Source of the DNA: a virus | Lineage: Duplodnaviria; Caudoviricetes | DNA: 64,000 nt | Reading direction: 5' to 3' (one strand) | IMG/VR virus record: IMGVR_UViG_3300021400_000046 | Span: 85,632 to 149,631 of that record | Made by a program: the position numbers and the translations under genes | Part shown: positions 29,029 to 38,527 of the stretch, piece by piece | Numbering within the stretch: position 1 is the stretch's first letter | Layout of the letters: the number at the start of each line of letters is the position of its first letter | Notes under the pieces: generated by a model | Database searches by the model: none | What the model was told of the DNA's origin: nothing | The model's input: the letters and a program-made list of their open reading frames with translations, nothing else

Positions 29029-29769
29029 CTAAGCTCGATCTCCCACCTGCCTAATGGCGTTAGAGTTCTTCTTATCTAACTTGCCGGAGTCAATCAGTTC
29101 ATCAATAAGCTGTTTTGCCTTATCGGTATTTATGTAGTATTTTTCATCAACTTCTGTTTCCAAAACATCTTTTAAGCATTTGTCACTCTCAAAGCCTTCG
29201 GGGAATGAGAACAGGCCATTATCAAACTCTTTAAGAATAATAATCAAGAATACACGTTCTCTATTTTGCGGGACACCAAAATCCTTTGAATTTAGCACTT
29301 TGTAGTATGTGTTATAACCGTACTCATGTAGCTCGTCAATGAACATCTGGAATGTATCTTTGAATTTCTTACCTACAATGTTTTTGACGTTTTCATAGAT
29401 CCCCCACTTAGGTTTATTTGCTCGAATAACTCTAAGCCATTCAACAAGCAACGAGCTTCTTGACTTATCAAGATTCGTGCTTCCACATTTCGGACATCTA
29501 TTACGGACAGAATAATGAACTGTCAAAGGATTATATGTATGACCACAATCATTACACTTCCATCTGCTGCCCACTTGGTTTCCTGCCACACTGAAATCTT
29601 GGCATGGACTTCCACCACAGATCATATTAAATGGCTGCAAAGCGTGTTCATCAACAAGTGTAATGTCTCCAAGGTTTTTTGATGGATCAGCACCATGCAC
29701 AGCACAATAACTTTTAACTGCGAACTTATCAAACTCACAGAAGTTTACCAATTCATACGACTTATTCAA
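29029..29769 (-). CDS. C5-cytosine methyltransferase, N-terminal piece (motifs II-VIII, no motif I) with zinc-finger insert
   Basis: FCEFD, GDIT, GGSPCQDFS, YENV, VPQNRERVF; CNDC..CPKC insert; TTG start after GAGAGG. Confidence 0.92.
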   Translation of the reverse strand: MNKSYELVNFCEFDKFAVKSYCAVHGADPSKNLGDITLVDEHALQPFNMICGGSPCQDFSVAGNQVGSRWKCNDCGHTYNPLTVHYSVRNRCPKCGSTNLDKSRSSLLVEWLRVIRANKPKWGIYENVKNIVGKKFKDTFQMFIDELHEYGYNTYYKVLNSKDFGVPQNRERVFLIIILKEFDNGLFSFPEGFESDKCLKDVLETEVDEKYYINTDKAKQLIDELIDSGKLDKKNSNAIRQVGDRA

Positions 29770-30084
29770 TGAATACCTCTCATGCTTTTCTTGTTTTCAT
29801 TACTGTTCCTAAATCTAAAAGTACCGCCAGATGAATTGTTTATTTGTTTCATCTGACGGTGATAGTATAACGCAAACTCAATAGGTTGTCAAGGTAGTTT
29901 TCACAACAATTTATAGCGCAGAATTAATCAGGAACAGGAAGTGACTTTGTAACTACGCCACTATAAGCCTGTGCGCCGTCTTGCTGAACAATCACTACCA
30001 TATGCGGGTGTCCGTATTTGCAGAGCCATTCATGCAGCGGCATGATAGCATCCTGGAACTCTTTTCCCGCTTGTTCATCCATCT

Positions 30085-32058
30085 TTATTTCACCTGACCT
30101 CTCAATTCGATATACTCATTTTCACTTAATATTGTTGTTCCAAATTTTTCAGCAGCCTTGTTTTTCGAGCTACCAGAAGTCTTATCATTTGTTATCAGAT
30201 AATTCGTCTTTGCAGAAACGCCAGAAACAACAATGCCGCCATTTTCTTCAATATCAGCGACAAGCGCATCACGATTCTTGAACACTTCCAATTTGCCAGT
30301 AATACAAAACGTCTTACCGGAAAGAGTGCTATTTGTAGATACCTTCTTTGGTTCTTCAACATTCAAAATCGAAACCAATGGCACAATATCATTGATGTTC
30401 TCTCTGACATAATTATTGATACAATCGCTCGTTGTCTTGCCAATGGCAGGCATAACGCTCCAATCGCAGTTGCTCAAAGCAAGATCAATAAATGTCTGGA
30501 AGATGTTACCAGTTGTATGTGAAGTGCAATACTCTGTGATTGTTTTAGCAGCAGACTTACCAATCGTAGGAATACCAATGGCAACAATCACATTTTGTAG
30601 TTTGCAATCTCTACTCTGTTCAATTGCGTCAATCAAATGATCTACAACACTTTTACCAAAGCCGTATTCTTTAATGATTTTATCTCTGTGTTCATTCAGA
30701 TGATACAAACTTTCAAAGTCTGTAACATAACCTAAGTCCATAAGAGACTTTAATCGTTCTTCTGAGATACCAACGATATTCATGCCTTCTCTGGACGCAA
30801 AATTAGATATTTTGTCATGTTGAATCGCAGAGCAATGCTTGTTTGTGCAATACAGCATTTCACGCCCATTTTCGCACTTTATAACAGCTTTTTCGCCGCA
30901 ATTTGGACATAAAATGGGGATTTTATAACTACCGCTCCGAGTGAGGTTCTGAGTGACCTTTGGAATGATCTGATTGGCCTTAATTACCGTAATTGTATCT
31001 CCAATTCCAAGCTGTAACTCTTTTACGATACTTACATTATTAAGTGTCGCACGGTTGACAGTTGTACCATCAATCTCTACAGGATCAAAAACTGCAACAG
31101 GATTGATAAGCCCGGTTCTACTCACATTCCATTCAATATCAAGCAAAGTAGTTTCGTTTTCTTCCTGATAAAATTTGAACGCCAAAGAATGCTTTGGATG
31201 ATGTGCTGTAACTCCAAGGCTCTTACAATACGCAATATCATCAAACATACCTACAACACCATCAATCGGGATTTTAAGCCGCTCACAATCAGACTTTACA
31301 CTGTCAATAGCGATCTTAGAACCGACACGATAGGGGACTACATCAAAACCAAACGTTTGCAGTAGTAGCATTGCCTGAATATTGCTTTCAACCTTATAAA
31401 CACTTGGACATTCATATAACTTCCAAGCAATAAACTTTACATTTCTGCTTTTAACAATCTCTGGATTAAGCTGCCGGACAGTGCCACTAACAAGATTGCG
31501 TGGGTTTTTGTATTCTGTTCCTTCTCGTTCCTTGATCTGCTCGAAGTCAGAGTATGTAATAATACACTCGCCGTCCACAATTACCGTACCAGACGCAGGA
31601 ATGGTCAGAGGTACATTAGAAAACACTTTAGCGTTATGTGTAATATCTTCACCAATCTCGCCGTTACCACGGCTCTCGGCTCTGACAAGCCTACCGTCTT
31701 GATAAGTCAAAGAACAAGTCAGGCCATCCAACTTACCCATAAGGATAAATGGCTTGTTTTCAAAATAGGAAATAAACTCTGTTTCGTCTGTGGTTTTTGC
31801 AAGTGAAAGAAGCTGATGGTTGTGTTTAACCTTTTGAAGCTGGCTAACGCTTTCATATCCAACTGTATTTGTTGGCGAATTTGACATTACAATGCCGGTC
31901 TTTTCTTCAAGCCGCTCCAATTCATCAAACAGAGCATCGTATTCTCGATCAGAAATTAGGCTCTTATTCTGGTTATAATAAGCATCCCTGCATCTATTGA
32001 GCTGTTCTACAAGCTCTGTCATTCTGTTTCTGTCTTTGTTAAACCCCATAATTGTCAT
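30085..32058 (-). CDS. ligA: NAD-dependent DNA ligase
   Basis: ISDREYD, KLDG, RGNGEIGEDIT, NPRN, IDGVV, SRTG, ATLNN, Zn finger, BRCT (TFCITGK). Confidence 0.95.
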   Translation of the reverse strand: MTIMGFNKDRNRMTELVEQLNRCRDAYYNQNKSLISDREYDALFDELERLEEKTGIVMSNSPTNTVGYESVSQLQKVKHNHQLLSLAKTTDETEFISYFENKPFILMGKLDGLTCSLTYQDGRLVRAESRGNGEIGEDITHNAKVFSNVPLTIPASGTVIVDGECIITYSDFEQIKEREGTEYKNPRNLVSGTVRQLNPEIVKSRNVKFIAWKLYECPSVYKVESNIQAMLLLQTFGFDVVPYRVGSKIAIDSVKSDCERLKIPIDGVVGMFDDIAYCKSLGVTAHHPKHSLAFKFYQEENETTLLDIEWNVSRTGLINPVAVFDPVEIDGTTVNRATLNNVSIVKELQLGIGDTITVIKANQIIPKVTQNLTRSGSYKIPILCPNCGEKAVIKCENGREMLYCTNKHCSAIQHDKISNFASREGMNIVGISEERLKSLMDLGYVTDFESLYHLNEHRDKIIKEYGFGKSVVDHLIDAIEQSRDCKLQNVIVAIGIPTIGKSAAKTITEYCTSHTTGNIFQTFIDLALSNCDWSVMPAIGKTTSDCINNYVRENINDIVPLVSILNVEEPKKVSTNSTLSGKTFCITGKLEVFKNRDALVADIEENGGIVVSGVSAKTNYLITNDKTSGSSKNKAAEKFGTTILSENEYIELRGQVK

Positions 32059-32689
32059 GCCACCATTTAATCAATTCGTCTGCCGTCCGAGGCGTGTAAA
32101 CCATACACTCCATCATGCAGCCAACATTCACGATATGCCCCCTGTTCAGATAAGAAGGCTCTCCATATTTTGCAATATAATTTCGACGATCATAAACCAA
32201 TTTGCTCACAAAATCATTTCTCGCATATTCTTCTTCTGTTCGGTTGTGCGTATGACCGTGGAAATGCCACATGGCATCGTTATAGCTACCACGATAAAAG
32301 AGGATTGGATAATGGCACAAAATAATATGTCGATTACCGTCTTTAATCTCTTTGTAATCCTTAATATCATGGAACATATTCTTCAATTTTTGTGACATTT
32401 GACGCAAATCATGATTTCCTTTGATAAGGAATTTGCGGCCATTTAACCTATTCAAAATCCTGATCCATTCATCTTCCTTGTCCCAACAGAAATCACCAAG
32501 GATATACACGTCATCATCCCTTGTAACAACGTTATTCCAGTTCTTGACGATAACATCCTCCATTTCTTTAGTAGAAGAAAACGGTCTGTTGTCAAAATTG
32601 ATAATGTTTTTATGCCCGAAATGTGTATCTGCAATATAAAAAGTCTTACCCATTCTTTTCTCCAAAATCATATAGCATTGGTGTGCCAT
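32039..32689 (-). CDS. calcineurin-like metallophosphoesterase
   Basis: ADTHFGH, LGD, KGNHD, CHYP, HGHTH. Confidence 0.9.
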   Translation of the reverse strand: MAHQCYMILEKRMGKTFYIADTHFGHKNIINFDNRPFSSTKEMEDVIVKNWNNVVTRDDDVYILGDFCWDKEDEWIRILNRLNGRKFLIKGNHDLRQMSQKLKNMFHDIKDYKEIKDGNRHIILCHYPILFYRGSYNDAMWHFHGHTHNRTEEEYARNDFVSKLVYDRRNYIAKYGEPSYLNRGHIVNVGCMMECMVYTPRTADELIKWWHDNYGV

Positions 32690-32954
32690 CAGAATTTAGA
32701 ATTGCGCACATATACCCGCCATAACCAGACCACGCCATGAAATACATCACGCCGGTTTCTTTATCTGCGTAGATATAGTAATCACCATTTCTAAACTCTC
32801 CACTACCGATTTCGACAAGATTATCATAAAAATCGTAACAAGAATTATAATTTCTTTTTGTCTCTTTTGGTGGATAAGTACCGCAGCCAACAAAAACTAA
32901 TGAAAATGTAATAACTAAAGCAATAATTAAACTAAAAACTCTTACTCGTTTCAT
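32646..32954 (-). CDS. putative lipoprotein (DUF6440-like)
   Basis: FVGC lipobox; DKETGVMY..LNSDGTPMLY; start at ATG MKRVRV. Confidence 0.65.
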   Translation of the reverse strand: MKRVRVFSLIIALVITFSLVFVGCGTYPPKETKRNYNSCYDFYDNLVEIGSGEFRNGDYYIYADKETGVMYFMAWSGYGGYMCAILNSDGTPMLYDFGEKNG

Positions 32955-32964
32955 TATATTTCTC

Positions 32965-33426
32965 CTAACTAATCGGGCAAAATGACAACCCACGCTCCCT
33001 AAAGTATTCAATTACAAGGTCTGCCGGATATGCGCCCAATTCATTTATTTGTGGCGCTTTTGTAGACTTATAATCTACTTCTTCTTTTATTGTCTCAATC
33101 TGATCGAAGTAGATACGCGGCCTTGAATCAGAAAATCTACTCCAAAAACTTTGCTTGCCTTGTAAACATTTTGGTATATCAATACTATATGAACGGAAGT
33201 AACTTTCACAAATATATTTACCGCGTTTATCTTCGCTAAAAATAAAGTCATATTTCTTTAAGACATTCCAATCAGCACCTTGGATTATAAGCGTTTCATT
33301 TTTTGCATCTGCGTTATGAATTAGTTTAATATCTGAAAATCTGCAAATTGGATAATTGTTAATAAACAATTTATAGGTCACTTTATAAAAATCAATGTTC
33401 ATTTTGAGCTTATACCACTCTCTCAA
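32965..33426 (-). CDS. hypothetical protein
   Basis: ORF coupled to neighbours. Confidence 0.55.
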   Translation of the reverse strand: MREWYKLKMNIDFYKVTYKLFINNYPICRFSDIKLIHNADAKNETLIIQGADWNVLKKYDFIFSEDKRGKYICESYFRSYSIDIPKCLQGKQSFWSRFSDSRPRIYFDQIETIKEEVDYKSTKAPQINELGAYPADLVIEYFRERGLSFCPIS

Positions 33427-34177
33427 TCTCTCCGTATTTAATTATAAATTTTCCCATCACAACTTCATCTCTATGATAATGCCCACAATACCATCTATAA
33501 AATTTCAGTTTGTGTTCTAACACTAATTCGTTAAAATACATTGTCAATTTATCTGCTGATCTATAACCGGCAACAGTACAAACTTCTTGCGGCAAACAAT
33601 GCGATATAACAAAATCAACATCGAAATTTACCTTTTCAAGTTCTCTTATACCACGTTTCATCTCCGCACTTGTCGGCAGCTCGTCAGCCCACCAAGATAA
33701 ATGGTTAATTCGTAGCATTTCACCGCGTCTTGTCCTGGCATTGTAATCTCTGATACAATCATTGATCGACTGGTAATCTTCAAAATTCAAAATACCATCT
33801 TGAATATCATGGCTTCTTGCGCCGCCAAAAGCAAAGAATTTCTTACCTTGCAGATCGAATACATAGCCGCGCATCAAATGGTAAATATTATCCCTAATTT
33901 TGTGTGCCGTACCTCCGTGGAATTTTACTTTTGGGTATTCTTTTAGCCGGTCAAAATTCTCGTGATTGCCGTCAACAAAGAGCAACGTAAACGGTTTTTG
34001 GCTAAACCAATTTAACCAATAGTTTTCATCTTTGCTTGGAACCATAAAGTTCCATATGCCACCGAAGTCACCACATACAATAACATAATCATCACGAGTC
34101 ATGGTTTTTTGTTCTTGGAAATTTCTTGTTGAGAAACGTGTAAAATCGGCATGACAATCGCCCGTGATATAAACCAT
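33410..34177 (-). CDS. metallophosphoesterase
   Basis: ITGDCH, CGDFG, DGNHENF, GGARS, ISHC, YCGHYH. Confidence 0.9.
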   Translation of the reverse strand: MVYITGDCHADFTRFSTRNFQEQKTMTRDDYVIVCGDFGGIWNFMVPSKDENYWLNWFSQKPFTLLFVDGNHENFDRLKEYPKVKFHGGTAHKIRDNIYHLMRGYVFDLQGKKFFAFGGARSHDIQDGILNFEDYQSINDCIRDYNARTRRGEMLRINHLSWWADELPTSAEMKRGIRELEKVNFDVDFVISHCLPQEVCTVAGYRSADKLTMYFNELVLEHKLKFYRWYCGHYHRDEVVMGKFIIKYGEIERVV

Positions 34178-34342
34178 TTAGTAGACCCATCCTTAATTAT
34201 TTCTTTTGAGGCATTGGCGAGATCGCAAATAATATCATATTGATTTCTACAATTCCCATTTTCATCCATTACAGTTATCCCAATCTGTCTTAAAACGTCT
34301 AAATCTAAAAATGGATGATTAAGAATATATGGTTCTGTCATA

Positions 34343-34516
34343 TCATTCTTCATATTCTGGATGGATTGTCAAAATACAATCATAACAAATCCACCCATTT
34401 GGTGAATTGTAATCTCTCTCCATTTCGTGCTGTTCATGTCGCTCTCCACAAATGCCGCACTTGCGAATGTACTGTTTTCTCTTTTTGAATGTACTGTTTT
34501 CTCTTTCTTTAATCAT
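34343..34516 (-). CDS. 57-aa zinc-finger microprotein containing a 22-nt tandem duplication
   Basis: Hand translation MIKERENSTFKKRKQYIRKCGICG..WICYDC..*. Confidence 0.5.
   Translation of the reverse strand: MIKERENSTFKKRKQYIRKCGICGERHEQHEMERDYNSPNGWICYDCILTIHPEYEE
34465..34506. repeat. 22-bp tandem duplication
   Basis: GAATGTACTGTTTTCTCTTT(TT) twice. Confidence 0.9.
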
Positions 34517-36264
34517 ATTTATCTAATAAGAATTGAAAATAATCTCCGTTGTGTGTTTCCCTTGCTTCTTTGGAACAAAATTCAATACACTTTTCTTCGA
34601 TTGCTCCATCAAAATAATCAGCGTCATACCATACAAGACTATCACGGTGTTTACGCATCCATCCTAAGTCCAGCTTTTCGCAAGTCTGATAAAAGGCAAA
34701 TACCCATCCAGCCGTTCCAGAATTTAGCCCTGATACGTCAATCGTTTCTTTATTAAGTATGTATGTCCCAAAAACAGATACAAGCTCTCCAAGAAATGCT
34801 TGATAAAAATATTCCGGGATTTTCGATAATACTTCCGATTGATCTAAACGAATATCATCAAAAGTAGTTTCATTTCCAATCATTTTAGCCTCGTTAGTAT
34901 ATAGAAAAGAATTTTATAGATTGCATGAAAATGATGCGCAGCCCAAATAGCATTTTTCAAAGTCGCACTTTTTGGCATTCGCTCTGGAAATTGACGAAAT
35001 ATATCTTGCATTTCATCAATGCCATCAAGTGCTGTTTCCATAGCACAATACTTTTTATCGGCACACATTTCAAACCTCCATATTATTCTTGACAAATCTG
35101 CGTTCTCTCTTTTTAGCAACTTTCTTATTTAGCTTTTTCATTTTGCTCCAACCATTATGATTGTTCGCCCATGCAGCAAACAAGTGAGAAAATTCTGATT
35201 GATAGTTGAGAAACCCTTTATATGTCTGCGCTTTCTTCATCACCATCACCGTTCTTCCACCAGCCGATACTAACAGCGCCGGTTTTTGAATTGGTTAATA
35301 TCTGAACGGTACAATTTCTATGTACTTCTTCTTGATCGTAAAAACTAAATATGGATGTAATCTTCTCGCCGGAAGAACACCTTGATCCGCAATTCGGACA
35401 AAAATTGCTACCGCTGAAAATATTTGGATCAATTTCTGGATTATCAGATATATTTCTATTCGGCGTTTTGCATTGGCTGCATACCCAAGCTCCAACGCCC
35501 CAATCTATCGCGTTTTCATCCCAAACCCATTTTGCTTCTGTTCGTTCTTCGTTCATATCCTATAAGTTTGGGAGTGATGTTTCACACTCCCATTGCCTTT
35601 GCTCTTAATTCTTTTCTTGCTCCAACTGACGCATTGCACGGAGATAGGCTTCTGTCTGGATAGAAATTGCTTCTTCACGCTCTGCCGCACGTTTCTCCGC
35701 GAGGCGCTTTTCCTTCTTTGCATTCAGTTTTGCAATCTTGTGTTCAATACGCTTTGCCTCATGTTCAGCTTCGGCCTTTGCCTTCTTCTCAGCGGAACGA
35801 TTTTTGTTGTAAACACGCATGGCATAATTGACAAGTTTATTATACGCTTCATGCCCATGCCCGGAAGTCATGCCAGAAAGCAGTTTCTTTGTAATACAGA
35901 TTGAAACGCCTTGTTCAAGAGAAAACTGATCTTCGCCATTGGTTACTGCCTTTTCTTCTGTCCCATCATTAAACTGTACAATAACAACATTTCCATAAAC
36001 TTTAACATCATTGATTGTAGGGATAAGCATATCGGAAACATTATTACAACTAAAACCAGCCTCAGACTTTGAAATTAGGCGAATTTCATTATGAACTTTG
36101 TCAACCTTTAACGCTGTTTCTGTACCTTCTGGAAGTTTTTGAATCATATATTGAAATGGAAAATAACCTTCTGATGAAGCAATTGCAACCTTAAAATTAT
36201 TAAACCATCCAGGAATATAATTCTTATTTGAAATATCTGTAGTGTAATAATTATTTGAACTCAT
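34509..36264 (-). other. hypothetical ORFs 34509-34883, 34880-35119, 35218-35556 (zinc finger), 35605-36264 (coiled-coil tail)
   Basis: Consecutive minus-strand ORFs. Confidence 0.6.
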
Positions 36265-36277
36265 TTCAATAACCCTT

Positions 36278-37084
36278 TCAAATTTCTTCTATAAATACCA
36301 AATTATCAATATACTTTCTTCCCTCGCCTTTGAAAATCGGAATTTCAGTATCAATTACCCACTTACTGCGAGTAGAACCGTCGATATTCTTTCTAACACA
36401 ACAACTGCCGCGCTTATAATGTGTTGGATAATCGTTCCAGTTGATACCATACTGCGCGAACAGCATCTCTTGAATGCCATTACAAGACTTACCGTGTAAC
36501 TGACTATGAGAAAAATATGCTTGTCCAACCATTTCAACAGAGTTTCGTGTAGCGTCATTCTGTCGCCAGAGGATGCAGTTTGTTACTTCCTCTTTTGGGA
36601 TATTAAAAACTCGCGCATCAAACATAGCGCCGCGTTCCATAGCCTTGTCTAACGCATCAAGGTATTTTTCATCTTCATCAGAGTCAATATCTTCAAAGAA
36701 CTCTCCAAGCTGCTCTCTAATAATCTGCGGGAAATACTTATTAAATGCCATTGTCGCCATGCTTGCAGCAACACTACAACACTTCTGAATGTTGTAATCA
36801 AACCATGATGCACTATCAAGTTTCTTATAATCAACCAACACAAGTGTGATCTCGTCAGATTGAGTATAACCAAGCACACAACCCTGGATATTCTCACAAA
36901 GATATTTCATTGTCTGCTGCATTGTCTTAATAAGAATATTATCGAATGGGCGCTTAAAACCTCGCGTAAAAGTATGAAACGCCTTGCCGTCAATACGGAT
37001 TACAACGGGCATACGCGGAACAAGATGCGTTCTTGTAATGTACTCATACTTTTTCATCCGATTGCCGAGATCATCATTTTTCAT
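36278..37084 (-). CDS. tRNA(His) guanylyltransferase Thg1-like protein
   Basis: RMKKYE, IRIDGKAFHTFT, YTQSDEI, FDAR, WRQNDATRNS, GINWND..KRG. Confidence 0.93.
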   Translation of the reverse strand: MKNDDLGNRMKKYEYITRTHLVPRMPVVIRIDGKAFHTFTRGFKRPFDNILIKTMQQTMKYLCENIQGCVLGYTQSDEITLVLVDYKKLDSASWFDYNIQKCCSVAASMATMAFNKYFPQIIREQLGEFFEDIDSDEDEKYLDALDKAMERGAMFDARVFNIPKEEVTNCILWRQNDATRNSVEMVGQAYFSHSQLHGKSCNGIQEMLFAQYGINWNDYPTHYKRGSCCVRKNIDGSTRSKWVIDTEIPIFKGEGRKYIDNLVFIEEI

Positions 37085-37257
37085 TTAGAATACTCCTTTT
37101 GGGTATTTTCATTATCAACTATATATCAGGCCAAACCCATGAGCTATTCACTTCAACACCTGATTTGTGCGCCCCATCCGTACAGTCTTTCATTCACCCG
37201 AAACATGGGGACTCACTCAACTGATCTACTTATGCGCACGTTCCCTATGTACTAAAA

Positions 37258-37490
37258 ATGCGGGTGTGGATTTTCACCACACATACGAGCCTCACCAAAG
37301 CTCTACTCTCGCTGGTTCACCGCCGCTGCTTTGTTCTTGCGCCGGTTACTGTTCATCACTCCATGCGTCTACTGCCATACGCCAGTCTATGTGCGCAGTT
37401 TGCTCTTGTAATGATTACCATATCGAACCATTACGGACAAATGGCATGATCTGCTCCATCGTCCAGATCACTTTTATTTCGCCACCGCAT
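37258..37490 (-). ncRNA. tRNA-like structured RNA with large internal insertions
   Basis: Closing stem ATGCGG/CCGCAT, GGTGGCGAAAT..TAGACGC D-arm-like halves, T-arm GTGG-TGAAAAT-CCAC; no CCA. Confidence 0.55.
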
Positions 37491-37508
37491 TTTTAAGATT
37501 CTATTTAT

Positions 37509-37617
37509 TGTGCGGACAAGGATTTGCACCTTGTATGGCAACCCCCACTACTTTATTTCAGTTGCCTCACACCAACGTCAAAATTCTCGATGTGTCTACC
37601 TATTCCACCACCGCACA
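37509..37617 (-). ncRNA. Leu-type tRNA-like RNA with non-canonical anticodon arm
   Basis: TGTGCGG/CCGCACA stem, GTGGAATAGGTAGACAC D-arm, CAAGG-TGCAAAT-CCTTG T-arm, GGCAAC/GTTGCC extra stem. Confidence 0.6.
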
Positions 37618-37804
37618 TATTGATCGGAAACTATGGCAGTTTTACAACGACCTTGCCATGTCGTTGAGCCTTGTCCTACTGTCGGGTCAAGCCCGTAGGT
37701 TAGCCGAGAGTCGCCATCTGACTCGGCACAATCATCACCGATCCTGCCCGGTGAACCCCGTCACACCTGTCCTCTGCTATTGAGACGGAATTGAACCGCC
37801 CCTT

Positions 37805-37880
37805 TGGTCTGAGCGACTGGACTTGAACCAGCGGCCTCTGCATCCCAAATGCAGCGTTCTACCAACTGAACTACGCCCAG
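37805..37880 (-). tRNA. tRNA-Pro(UGG)
   Basis: Cloverleaf, CTGCA-tt-TGG-ga-TGCAG, CCA encoded. Confidence 0.95.
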
Positions 37881-38389
37881 ATATAATTGTTTAATACTTT
37901 ATGTAATTCATAATCACTCGCAATATGTATTCTTTTCTTTTGATTTGTTTTTGGGTATGTATATCGAAGTCTAAAAACGAATCCTGTTGCATCAGAAATT
38001 GGGACAAGATAACCTTTTCCATTAAACCATGTATAAAAGAAATCAACATCACTACTTTTATACTTATATCTTATCATCCGTTTTGTATTTACCGTTATGC
38101 TACTTGTAGCAATTTCAAATGCTTCGTTTTCATATCTCGTATCTTTGCACCATGTACTATGTTTGCATTGTATTTTAATAATCTTATTACCCATATCAAC
38201 TGCAATATCGTATTTACATGAATCATCAACTGGCGTTAAACACATATACCCTAATTCTGTAAAATCTTGTATACAATGCAGTTCTGTTAGTAATCCTTTT
38301 TGTTGTGTTGTACCTTCTAATTCCTTCACTTTTCCACCTATATAACAAATAGAATGGCAAACTGCTCGGCACTCTCTAATCAAATACAT
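37871..38389 (-). mobile_element. PD-(D/E)XK homing endonuclease (group I intron-associated type), free-standing in the tRNA array
   Basis: KGLLTE..GY..TP.DDSCKYDIAVD..KIQCK..YKSSDVDFF; true start probably GTG near 38330; stop lies inside tRNA-Pro. Confidence 0.8.
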
Positions 38390-38447
38390 GAGAAGTTTTT
38401 GTCAGCTTCTTTCGTCTTTCTTCCATACCGCCAAGAAAGAACCAAAC

Positions 38448-38523
38448 TGGTTGCGGGAGTAGGATTTGAACCTACGACCTTCGGCTTATGAGGCCGACAA
38501 GCTAACCGCTGCTCCATCCCGCA
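38448..38523 (-). tRNA. tRNA-Met(CAU), initiator-like
   Basis: TGCGGGATGGAGCAG..TCGGC-ct-CAT-aa-GCCGA..CCA. Confidence 0.93.
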
Positions 38524-38527
38524 ATAT

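Noticed and set aside
1623-32058. Inteins in the helicase, SNF2 protein or ligase
   Set aside because: Lengths are normal and no intein splice motifs are evident
37258-37490. tmRNA
   Set aside because: No Ala-type acceptor stem, no CCA, no evident tag ORF, and short for tmRNA
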